In this document: positions 35,220-46,400 of the stretch, piece by piece | Layout: each line of letters starts with the position of its first letter | Position numbering within the stretch: position 1 is the first letter of the stretch | Virus record (IMG/VR): IMGVR_UViG_3300032303_002965 | Location: 2,315-66,314 of that record | Direction: 5' to 3' (one strand) | Length of the DNA: 64,000 nucleotides | DNA from: a virus | Taxonomy: Duplodnaviria > Caudoviricetes | The notes under the pieces: generated by a model | The model's database searches: none | Told to the model about the DNA's origin: nothing | What the model saw: the letters and a program-made list of their open reading frames with translations, nothing else | Made by a program: the position numbers and the translations under genes

Positions 35220-36026
35220 ATGCTTTCAAGATTTACAAGAGAATTTAATAGATTTTATTTAAATAATGAGCCTATAACTGGTGTTCAGAATATAGCTTCT
35301 AGTTATCAATCTCCAGCTGCACCAATTAAATATTTAGGATGTACAGATACTACCGCAGAATTCGCTCCTATTGGAGGATATATTGGCGCTTTAGATGTTA
35401 CAAATTTATTCATAAACTCTGATCCTTATATTAATTATATTGGTGAAGATGGAGCCAATTTAAGAATAGAATATGGCAATAATCAATTTATTATGAATAG
35501 TGGATACCTATCAGATTATACATTTGAATGTAATATTGGCTCTATTCCTACTATTAATGCTAAATGGAATATTTATAGTGATTTTGGAAGTGGAATAAGT
35601 AATCCATTAAGCTTTACTATGGATGAATCTCAATTAAATATAGTTAATCCTGGAGACTTAGAGATTGTATTTCCAGAGTTAGAAACAGAAAAAATAAACA
35701 ATTTAAATTTAAATATAAAATGCACAAGATTACCAATTTTTGATGTATCTCAAATAAAACCCGTAGAAGTAAAATTACAATATCCTATAACTTTAACTGT
35801 ATCATTTAGTATATCTTTAGGTACATATAAAGCTAAAAATATATTTGATTTTCCAAGGAAGAAAAATGCATATGATTTTGTTATTAATTTAAGAAAAAAT
35901 AACTCTAGTACTTTAGTAAATTCTTTCAAAGTCAATAATGCTCTTTTAACTTCTGAAGACTTAAATATGGATGTAGATGGAAGTGCATTGATGAAACTAA
36001 CATATACAAGTATTATTAATAGATAG
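35220..36026 (+). CDS. Tail-tube-fold paralogue 1 (start revised to ATG 35220)
   Basis: ITGVQNIASSYQSP..PIKYLG and a second half (INNLNLNIKCTRLPIFDV...YPITLTVSF) mirror the tube gene. AAGGAAA precedes ATG 35220; the longer track start overlaps gene M. Confidence 0.55.
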   Translation: MLSRFTREFNRFYLNNEPITGVQNIASSYQSPAAPIKYLGCTDTTAEFAPIGGYIGALDVTNLFINSDPYINYIGEDGANLRIEYGNNQFIMNSGYLSDYTFECNIGSIPTINAKWNIYSDFGSGISNPLSFTMDESQLNIVNPGDLEIVFPELETEKINNLNLNIKCTRLPIFDVSQIKPVEVKLQYPITLTVSFSISLGTYKAKNIFDFPRKKNAYDFVINLRKNNSSTLVNSFKVNNALLTSEDLNMDVDGSALMKLTYTSIINR

Positions 36027-36036
36027 TGTAATTTAT
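36026..36036 (+). promoter_or_regulatory. Putative late promoter motif GTGTAATTTAT
   Basis: Before the ATG at 36060, with AAGGAG/AAGGA RBS. Confidence 0.6.
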
Positions 36037-36059
36037 ATACGGATAAAGGAGTAAGGAAA

Positions 36060-36851
36060 ATGGCAAGAATATATTATGATCAATGTGAAATAAGTATTAA
36101 TAATACAGGTATTTTAGCTGTATCTGCTAATATAAATACTGAGATCGCTTTAGGTCCAGTTTACACTTTAGGAAAAAGAAAACCTTTTAGACAACAAGTT
36201 ACTACAGGTCCAAGCAATAGCACTTTCCAAATACAATATTTAATTAATCCTACTGGCGATCCAGCTTTTAATACTGTAAGTGAAATTAAAAACTTTATTT
36301 CTGCTCCTACAAATTATAACGGAATCACAATTGCTTTGGCAGGAATAACTGGTTATTCATGTTATTTAAATAATTATGCTGTAAAAATTGAACCTAATAA
36401 TGTTATTACTGCCCAAGCTACATATATAACATATAATCAATTATCTGGAAATATAGATACTAAAATAAATCCAAATTCTGCTTCTGCTAGTAGCATAGCT
36501 CATAGCTCAAGAACAAATTTAATTTCTGGTAAAACTATAGGAACAAATGATACTTATAATTTCAGTTATACATTTGCTGCTAATTTAAATCCTATTTATA
36601 CTTTAGGTAAAAGAGAACCTGTAGAGGTAAAACCTGTTCGCGCACAAGAAACAGTTGTTATGACTGAAAATATATTTAATAAATTGGTTTATACAGGTGA
36701 AAATGTTCCTATGAAAATTAATTTATCTGGACTTTTAGATACTGGAAGTTTTACAATAGAAATGCCAGATGCATTTATTAATAATAGTACATTAGAATCT
36801 AGTTTAGATGATATTGTTAAAACTACAAAAACAATTAACCAATATTATTAA
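36060..36851 (+). CDS. Tail-tube-fold paralogue 2
   Basis: Internal duplication: ALGPVYTLGKRKP and NLNPIYTLGKREP. Confidence 0.55.
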   Translation: MARIYYDQCEISINNTGILAVSANINTEIALGPVYTLGKRKPFRQQVTTGPSNSTFQIQYLINPTGDPAFNTVSEIKNFISAPTNYNGITIALAGITGYSCYLNNYAVKIEPNNVITAQATYITYNQLSGNIDTKINPNSASASSIAHSSRTNLISGKTIGTNDTYNFSYTFAANLNPIYTLGKREPVEVKPVRAQETVVMTENIFNKLVYTGENVPMKINLSGLLDTGSFTIEMPDAFINNSTLESSLDDIVKTTKTINQYY

Positions 36852-36853
36852 TC

Positions 36854-37822
36854 ATGTTTTATACTTCCAAAAATCTTTTAATTAAAATAAATGACCAAGA
36901 AATTTCAACTTTGGAAGCACAACTTTCGTATGAAGCTCAAATTACACCATATATTGAAGTAGGACAAAGACATGCAGATAAGATAACGCCAACAGCACCA
37001 ATTCAAGGAAATTTAAGTTTTTCTTACAATATAACTGGTGAAGATCCGATTAAAAATTTAATACCTTTAGATGGACCACTTAGTTTCGATTTTGGAGGTA
37101 TAAAACAAACTGGTTATTTAAAAGGTTTAAATGTAAGATTTTCACCACATTCTCCAATTGTATCAAATGCTACAATTAATTTTTTTAAAGCCCCAACTGG
37201 AAATTTTTCTCCAGTTTTTAATGAAAATAATTTAGATAAAAATTTATTACATATAGATGGAGTATCAATAAATAATTTTAATAATGAATTTATTACTGGA
37301 GATATTTTAAATGCTAATTTTACTTATGATGCAGATATAACTCCAGAAGTTCATATAGGAGATGAATCTGAGCAAAGATGCGTTTTTGGATTAAAGCAAA
37401 GTACAATGACGTTAAATTTTAATAATTTCAATCCAGAAATTAAAATCTCTGGACAGCGAGTTGCAATCGCATTGAGTTTAAAGTCTTTTACAGAAACATC
37501 AATTCAAGAGTCTTATACATGTACGGGATTTTTAACAAGAAAAAATTTTCAAGGACGTACAGATGATGTTTTAACTTCAGAAATTACAATCAGACAGTTC
37601 AATCTTATTCCTGAAGTTTTAATAGAAAGTATATCTCCAACCACAGGAACAGCAGGAGATATTGTAAAATTAATTGGTAAAAATTTTAATTATGTCACAG
37701 ATGTATTTTTTGACGATACTCATGCAAATTTTACTGTTATTAATAATAATTTAATTAATGCTACGGTTCCAAGATTACAAAAAGGACTAGATGTAAAAAT
37801 AAGTATTACATCTTTAGCATAA
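36854..37822 (+). CDS. Tail-tube-fold paralogue 3 with C-terminal IPT/TIG domain
   Basis: AQLSYEAQITPYIEVG and ANFTYDADITPEVHIG. C-terminal IESISPTTGTAGDIVKLIGKNF...VFF...NLINATVP. Confidence 0.6.
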   Translation: MFYTSKNLLIKINDQEISTLEAQLSYEAQITPYIEVGQRHADKITPTAPIQGNLSFSYNITGEDPIKNLIPLDGPLSFDFGGIKQTGYLKGLNVRFSPHSPIVSNATINFFKAPTGNFSPVFNENNLDKNLLHIDGVSINNFNNEFITGDILNANFTYDADITPEVHIGDESEQRCVFGLKQSTMTLNFNNFNPEIKISGQRVAIALSLKSFTETSIQESYTCTGFLTRKNFQGRTDDVLTSEITIRQFNLIPEVLIESISPTTGTAGDIVKLIGKNFNYVTDVFFDDTHANFTVINNNLINATVPRLQKGLDVKISITSLA

Positions 37823-37823
37823 A

Positions 37824-40451
37824 ATGGCAATATCATATTATACAGGTTCATTTAGATTCTCTCCACCAAAACCATTTCTAATTGGAGTATTAACCCAAAC
37901 AGGTCATGCTAAAGATATTATCAGAATAACAGGACAAAATTTAGATTATGTAAATACGGTTTTTTTAGAAAATGATATTTGTCAATTTCAAAAAATTAGT
38001 CAAAATTCTTTATCTTTTACTGTGCCAGATAATCCAAATACAGGATTTATTGAAATAACAAATCAAACATTTTTTCCATTAAGAGGACCAGATGTTATTT
38101 TTGCAACAGGTATAGAACCAAAATTTAAAATTGAATTAGGTCAAAATCAAAAATATATAAATTTATCAAACGTATATCAACAAAATATTTACAGTAAAGA
38201 TTCTATATATCTTTATAAAATAAAAAATACAGGAGTTAATAATTTTGTAGTAGAATTAAGTAAAAATCCTTTTAGAAATGAAGCAGTCAATTTTATTTCT
38301 ACTTTATATACAGGTCAAATAAATAGTGGTCAATTTCAAGTATATCAAACAGGAATTAACAATGGTCAGTTTAATTATTTTATTCCTTTATTACAAAATA
38401 TATCTGATCCATATATTAGTATTATTGATCAAATTAATACTGGTGATGGATTTTATGGTAATTTTGTTTCTGGTTTTTCGCCTAATGGATTTTATCTTAA
38501 TTTCACAGATTATCTTAACGAAGATATAACTTTAAATATTGGTGTCTATAAAACAGGTTTATGTATTTTTAACTCTGGATATCATTTTGCAAATTATTAT
38601 GATATAACTGGATCTGGAACATATTTTGGTATTAAATACCCTGGAAATATTCAATTAGATAAAGATGTCCAAATATTAACTAATATTGCAGTAAATTCTA
38701 ATAATTCTAATAAGAATTTTTATGTTTCAAAAATTTACGAGATAAATGAAACTGGTTTTTATTTTGGTTTATCTAAAAATATTGTAAATAATGATTCAAT
38801 AAAAGTTCAATATTTAGTTTTGAAAAACAGCGGAGAATATTTACAATCAATATATAATAAATTTTTAGCTTCTAATGAATCTTTTATATCAGATAATAAA
38901 TCGCCATTTTATCCTGTTTCTGATGTTAATTCTGTTGATCCAATTATTGGTTCATCTGGTGATGTAATAAATTTAAAAGGTATTAGTTTTAATTTTATAA
39001 CAGGAATACAAGTCGCAACAGTACCATTATTTGATGATATAGAATATATATTTGCTGTAGGATCAAATAATTTTAATAGTCAAAATCTTTCTTTAATTGT
39101 TCCAGGAGCAGCTGCGACAACAAATGTAATTCCTACTCCAACTTTTATTATAAATACTATTGGAAATAGAACAGTAAAACAAATGTTAAATTCTAATGAT
39201 TTCGTTGTTCAAACCTCTCTAAATCCATTAAATTGTGATATCTCTTTGAATCAAATTGTTAATAAAGACAAAGAAAATAGTTATTTTAATATAGTAGACC
39301 TAAGACCATTTGATTATGTTAGCGGAAAACCTATATTTTTAAGAGGTACAGGATTAGATCAAACATTTTACGAAAATCATACTTTTACATTTAAAAGTAT
39401 TTCTGGAGATAACAATCTCCAATCATTTACAACTGGATTATTTTCTGGATATAATTCTTATTTTATAAATTTACCTAGCGGATTTAAACCAACAGGAATT
39501 TCTAGCGGAGGATATTCTCCATTTTATTCTTTAGCATTTACTGGAAAAGAAAAAGATTATTATTCTTATATTTCTGGAAAATCTTCTTCTGGGTTCTATA
39601 TTAATTTTAACAAAAATTTAAACTATGATCTGTCTTTGAATTGTTTATTAATCAATAATATATCTTCTGGATTTTATTTTGATAAAGCCACATATAATTC
39701 TTCTGGCATTCAAATGCCATCTATTGAAACTGAAACAAAAATTAATTTTACAAATGATTATTTATTTAATCCATTTATCTTGACTAGCATCGAATATAGC
39801 GGAGGATTAAATACTACAGGATATAGATATAGCATAAATAATTTACAAAAAAACTCTTTTAAAACATTTTTACCTTATAGAACTGGAGATTCAATAAAAA
39901 TTAATTACTGCACAATAATTAATCCTGATGCAAATTTATCTACATTTGAATATAATGGAGCAAGTAGTTTTTATAAAAAAACTTATCTTTTTACTGGTAG
40001 TTTAGATTCTATATATGAATACGTAAATGTTAATAATATTAATAAAAGAAATAAAAATAATCTATCATTCGAATTACCCTATACAGAAAACTATATAAAT
40101 GGTCCAATAAAAATTAAAGGATTATTTGATAATAATAATGAAACTAATTTAAAAATAGTAGAAACCCCAAAAATAACAGGTTTAGAACCAGAATCTATTG
40201 TAACTGGACAACCTTTTAAAGTTTTAGGTAAAAGCTTTAAAAAACCAATACTTTTAGATGGAACTGGGTATAATTCAACTAATATTAACTTAAAATACTC
40301 TGATAATATATATCTTGAAAATGATAATAATTTAAGAATAAATGCTTTTATTTTAGATGTAAATACTATTAGCGGTATAATACCTGCTGTGGATAATCCT
40401 CCTGGTAATTATGCTGTTCAGGTTATTACGGAAAAAGGAGATTTGTTCTAA
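37824..40451 (+). CDS. Fibre/baseplate appendage protein with IPT/TIG and repeated H-type-lectin-like modules
   Basis: IPT motifs (IIRITGQNL, VINLKGISF, FKVLGKSF) and four approximately 70-aa modules ending in ..GF(Y/F).. Confidence 0.55.
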   Translation: MAISYYTGSFRFSPPKPFLIGVLTQTGHAKDIIRITGQNLDYVNTVFLENDICQFQKISQNSLSFTVPDNPNTGFIEITNQTFFPLRGPDVIFATGIEPKFKIELGQNQKYINLSNVYQQNIYSKDSIYLYKIKNTGVNNFVVELSKNPFRNEAVNFISTLYTGQINSGQFQVYQTGINNGQFNYFIPLLQNISDPYISIIDQINTGDGFYGNFVSGFSPNGFYLNFTDYLNEDITLNIGVYKTGLCIFNSGYHFANYYDITGSGTYFGIKYPGNIQLDKDVQILTNIAVNSNNSNKNFYVSKIYEINETGFYFGLSKNIVNNDSIKVQYLVLKNSGEYLQSIYNKFLASNESFISDNKSPFYPVSDVNSVDPIIGSSGDVINLKGISFNFITGIQVATVPLFDDIEYIFAVGSNNFNSQNLSLIVPGAAATTNVIPTPTFIINTIGNRTVKQMLNSNDFVVQTSLNPLNCDISLNQIVNKDKENSYFNIVDLRPFDYVSGKPIFLRGTGLDQTFYENHTFTFKSISGDNNLQSFTTGLFSGYNSYFINLPSGFKPTGISSGGYSPFYSLAFTGKEKDYYSYISGKSSSGFYINFNKNLNYDLSLNCLLINNISSGFYFDKATYNSSGIQMPSIETETKINFTNDYLFNPFILTSIEYSGGLNTTGYRYSINNLQKNSFKTFLPYRTGDSIKINYCTIINPDANLSTFEYNGASSFYKKTYLFTGSLDSIYEYVNVNNINKRNKNNLSFELPYTENYINGPIKIKGLFDNNNETNLKIVETPKITGLEPESIVTGQPFKVLGKSFKKPILLDGTGYNSTNINLKYSDNIYLENDNNLRINAFILDVNTISGIIPAVDNPPGNYAVQVITEKGDLF

Positions 40452-43400
40452 TGGCTTTTACAGGTTATTTTAAATTATTAAGTTCACCGCCAAGAATTAC
40501 CTCTCCTAATTTAATTGCAAAGACTGGAGATACGATATATATATCTGGTAAAAACTTTAAATATAATATTAATCAAATTTCTGGTAGAAATATTTATGAT
40601 TCTTCTTTAGATTTTTACTATTATAGTGGATTAAATAATACATCTACAGAAAACGTTGTTAGCTTCACAATACCTCAAGAAATTACTCCTTCAAATTATG
40701 GTATATATTTATATAATAATTCTGGTATATCAGAAAATTTTATAAATTTAAAAATAATTGGTGCACCTTCTTTTAGTGGATTAGATAAAATTTCTGGAAC
40801 ATCTTCTGATTATATAAGAATTAGTGGTGCAAATTTTTATCCTTTAACTAATTTTCAATTAATAAATAATTCTGGAGTAAGATATACTCCAGAACAAGAT
40901 ACAGGTTTATATTCAATTTCATCAATATTAGCAGATGAAGCAGGAACAGGATATCAAATTGGTACAAGATACTCTTTAACTGGTAAAAAACTATTTAATT
41001 CAACTTCTAGTGGAGTTTTTGAAATTACTTCTACTGGAATATCTGGATCATTATATGAAATATCAATAATAAATTCTGGATTATTTACAGTTATTGATGA
41101 ATCTGTACCTTTAAGATATAACATACCTTTATCAAATTCTAATACAACTGAAACTGGAACGATTAGTATATTTTATGATAAATACGAAAATACAGGAAAT
41201 ATACAATTTATAGAGTTTAAAGTTCCTAAAAATATTAATGGTTTGCATAGTGGAATTATAGAAAATTTAAGATTTAAAAATGATGAAGCTACAATCTTTA
41301 CTGGATTTAATGCTGTAGGTGTACCAATTATTTATGGTTTTGAACCATTAACTGGAAATGTTGATGAACAAATTGTTACATTATCTGGAAAAAATTTCTC
41401 ATTTGTTAATAAAGTTTTTCTTGGCGCAAAAGAAGTATCTTTTAACAAATTCAACGATACAGGAATTAATTTTCTTATACCTAATCTTTCAGAAACAGAT
41501 TATATTACTATATCTGGATCATTCGGTGTTGATAAAAGCGATCAAATACTTAACGTTAATTATCCTAATATTTTTGCTTCAGGTTTTTATCCTAATGATA
41601 TTTTATTAGGCACAGGTTCTGTTATATCTATTTCTGGAAAATATTTACAAAGAATTAATTATATTGATTTAGAAAATTCTAAAATTTTAAGACCAGATAT
41701 CACTATCAATTCAAATGGAACATCTGCAACATTTACTTTACCAAATAATTTTAAAACATCAGAAGTAAAAATATTTTCTTTAGATTTTGCAAATACGGGT
41801 TTTCTTATCCGTTCTTCAAATACAGATAATAAATTAATTGCTAGCACAAAACTAGACGAAAAAAATATTAATTTTAGATATCTTTCTGGTGTGGAAGCTG
41901 CTAAGTATCTAGATGAAATAGAATTTTTTACATCAAATACAGTTTCTGGAGATTATGGAAATCTTTCTGGGGTAGATATATTTTTCTTATCTTCTACAGG
42001 TAATAAATTTATTACGGGAGACTATTCCATCTCTGGAATAAAAGTACAAGAAAGTGCGACTGGATTAAAAATAAAGATTCCTCGTGAAATAAAAAATCCT
42101 CAATGTCCAATTAAAATTAAAAGAAATAAATTTGGAGATGAGTATATATTATCTAGTACAAAACAGATCGATGTCCTTCCAACAATATATAATTATAAAA
42201 ATAATATTACAACTTCTAATACTGGTGAATTAATTATTTCTGGAATAAACGCTACAAATGTAAATCAAATATTTTTCAGCGGAAATAATTTAAAAGATGC
42301 TTTTGGATTTAAAAATTTAAGTCATGGTGAAGTAGAGATTTTATCAAAAAATATCAATCAAATTACTGGTTTTACTAGTGGAAATCTTACTGGATATACA
42401 GTATTTTCTGCAAAACTTGGTGGAAATTATGTTGGAGGAGGAAGTTTATTCTTATTTAATAATTATTATGATAGTGGCATAGGATATGAAACCTTAAATA
42501 TTAATCCAATATCATTTTTAGCAGCAAGAATTAGCGGTTTTCGTCCAAAAGATTCTGATATATTTACTAGTGAGAAAAGTATTAATGTAAGTTTGGATCG
42601 TCCTTTTACTTATAATATTAAAACAAATACAAATTGTAATATTTTTGAGGTTTATCCTTCTAATGAATTTGGAGCAGATAACCAATTAGGAGATCTTTTA
42701 AATAGATTAAACATAGGTCATAATGGACAAAATATTATATCTGGAGTTCCTGTTAGTGGTGGAAATTATTATTTTAAGATAAGAACTTTAAATGGTGATC
42801 GTATCGATGAAGGAATGTTATTACAAGTTAATATTAATGCCACCTCTGGAAGACAAGTTGATATTCCAGGAATTATTTATCAAGGAGATTGGAAATCTGA
42901 TTTTAGATACATAGGTGATGCTTCAAGACGAGATGTAGTTTTTTACGATCTTGGATTAACTTCTGGAACAAGTGGAACTCAAAGTGGCTCTAAATATTGG
43001 TATGCAGCAAAAAATAATATTGGAATTCCTCCAGCAACAACAGGAAGTGGTTCAGCATTTTGGATACAATTTTCTAATGAATTTAACGCAACAGCAACAA
43101 AAATTTTACTTGCAGAAGAATCAAATATTACTAATTCTTTAAATATAGGAAAAGGTGGAACATTTAGTGGATTTATAAAAAGCGTTAATGATGTTAACGC
43201 TAATACTGGAAGTGGATTTTTCCTAGGGTATGATAACAGTTATAATAGTGGTCTTGCTAAATTTAGAGTAGGAAATGATGATAATTATATTAAATTTGAT
43301 GGAATAGGATTAGATATTGTTGGTCCTTTATCTGGAGTTATTACAACTTCTAGAAATGTAAAAAATACTTATAATCAAGTAAAATCTAATTATTCTGTTG

Positions 43401-46400
43401 TTGTTGGTTTTAATAATTTAATTGAAACTGGTTCAGATAATTCAATGGTTATTGGATCTAATAATACAATTTTACAAGATAATCAAAGCACATTTATCTT
43501 TGGTGAAAATAATCAAGCTACTGGAAGTCAAAGAGCAGCAATTTCTGCTGGAAGTAAGAATATTATTACAGGAACAAAAGATTATATAAGTTTTGATTCA
43601 AATATTTTGGGAGGAAGAGAAAATTTTGTATTTGGTTCTTATTCAAATATAGTTGGAGGTAAAAATAACTATATTGATAGTGTTGGTTCTGGATATAATT
43701 CTATTTCTGATTATTTATTTGATGATGTTATAACTGGATTATCTGGATCTGGAATTTTTAACAAAACTATTAGCTATATAAAACCAAGAACAGATAATAA
43801 TTTAAGTATTTTAACTAGTTTAGAGTTAAAAGGAGTAGACATAGACGCAAGTGGATTAATTTTTCGTGAAAGATACTCTGCAGATACATTTGGAACAATA
43901 AAAAGACAAAGTATTTTAAATTTAAAAATTTCTGGTATAACAAGTAAAGATTATTCTTTATATTATGATAATCCAATATCTTTTGATACTGGTGTTTTTT
44001 CTGGTATTGCTAGTGGCACTATATCTGGAGTAGTAAATGGATATGGAAATGTCATTCTACAATCTGGAATTAGTTTATCTGGAGCTGGAACTGGACAAGG
44101 ACTTTTGGCAGGGACATTAACTGGAAGTGGTTTGTATAATATTGGTACAGGATATTACTATCAAAATTATTCTTATTCGGTTCCTGTGCTCAATAGTTTA
44201 TATGATACTGGAATTTTAAGTTCAACTACTACAGGACTAAGTGGAGTTTATAGTTTTATAGATATTGTAACAGGAACAGGTTCTGATATTAATTCAACAA
44301 GAGATAAATATGGATATCCAATTGGAAATATTAATAGCGGATTAATCGGAAAAATTTTAAATAGTGGTGGATTTAGAACAGCAAGAATTAGTGGTCTTAT
44401 TGATACTGCTCAATATATTTCTGGTAATGGACCTATTGGAATTAATTATACTTTACCTAGATCTAATGATTTTGCTCAAGGATTTCAAACTGAATTCGTA
44501 GGATATTATACTGGATTTATAGGGACAACCAATAAAAATAGTGGAATTTATTTGTATTTTTATACTCCAGAAAATGATATTCCAACTGGGAATTCTGGAA
44601 ATGCTGCAGGTTTAGGATATGTTATAAATTTCAGTCCTAGAGATTCTAAAGTTAGTATATATTGGGCCGATAGTCAAACTCCTTTAGTTCAAAGTAGTGC
44701 TTTAGGAGAATTGAATAATGTTGGACAAACTATTAATAATTGGCCCTTAACAGGTAAAGTCGTATTTCAAACAGGGAAATTTGATGTTTATTTAAATAGA
44801 TTTGGTATAGGAGATATGGGATATCAACAAGTAATTACTGGATATATTGATCCATTATTTACAACTAGAAATAAATCTAATAGAGGATTTGGTTATGGTT
44901 CATTTGGAAATTCTGTTTCGACTTCTACTGCTGCGATAAGAGATATTAAATTTAATGTTGGTACAAGAAATCTTATTAAAGAGACTGGAGTATTCAAAGG
45001 TTTAATATCTCCTTTTTATTGTGAAACAGATGGTCCACTTGATGTATATTCTTCATCAGCAAGAATTAATTATAATTTAGGCACCACAGGAGTATTTGAT
45101 AAATTCAGTGGAGAATTTTATACTAATAATAAAGATGTTTCGAGTTTTTATTGGCTTGCAAAAGGAACAGTATTTCCAAATACAAGTCCTTCTACAGGAG
45201 ATAGTTATCCACAAATATATAGTTCTAATCCTCCTGATTGGGACGGATATCAAATGATATTAGATCCAATACAACAAAATATAAGTTTATATTGGGGAAA
45301 AGATCAAATTTCATCATTATCTAGATCACAAATATCTTTATGGGATAAAATTTCATTTGTTGGAAATTATTATAATACAAATTATTTTCCTCCTGTAGTT
45401 AGTTTAGATGTTTATGAAAATGATAATTTTTTAGGTACATTATTTGATGTATATACAGGCTTTCCATCTCTTCCTCCAAGATTATTATCGTATGATTATT
45501 ATAGTTTTGCAACCATTCCTGGAATAAATGCTAATTCAAGAAATCTTGGTATTAATGTAGAAAAAAGTTTTGTTAATGCAATTAATCAAAGTAGTGCTGT
45601 TAGAAAAAATTCTATAAGAGATTTTAAATTTTCTGGTTGGAGTCCAGCTCTTGGTGGAACTTCATTTAAAACAATTAATGATTTAAATCAAAATCAAAAT
45701 ATGCCAACTGGTACATTACATGTTAGTACAGGCGTAGGTTTAAATTCTGATTTTAATTATGATTATTTATATATGAATACCATGACTAGTGGATTAATTA
45801 CTGGTCGTGAATCAAGATTTATATCAGGTCCTGGACAAATTACAGCTTTTAGTAGTGGAATATTAGACGTAAATAACTTATATTATACAAATAGTCTTGG
45901 TACAAGGACTTTTCAAAAAACTCCATTCGTAACTGGTATAAAAAGATTATATAATTTTGATACTTCGGTAACATACACAACTCATGAATTAATTACAACA
46001 GCAAAACATGTTATTATTCCATTAGATAAAAATAAAGATTTTGTAAATGATGTTGTATCAAATAATAATTCTAGTTATAGTATTTCTGCTTGGCTTTATC
46101 CACAAGCTCCATTAGTAGCAAATCAAAAAAATGCAAAAGACACTACTGGAAATTTTGCAAGTACTCAAATTTTTATATCTTTTAATGAAGGTGAACTTGA
46201 GAACACTTATCCAAATGAAAGTGTACCAGGTACTAATAGTTTTGGATTATTTGCAGGAATAGTTGAAACAAGTGGATATAAAGACGTTGTATATCCTGGA
46301 GTATTTCAAACAGGAGCATACAATAGAATAAGTTATGGTGGTGATAGTTTAACTACTTTAGCAAATTATGCTTTAGTTACAAATCCTGGAGTAACAACTC

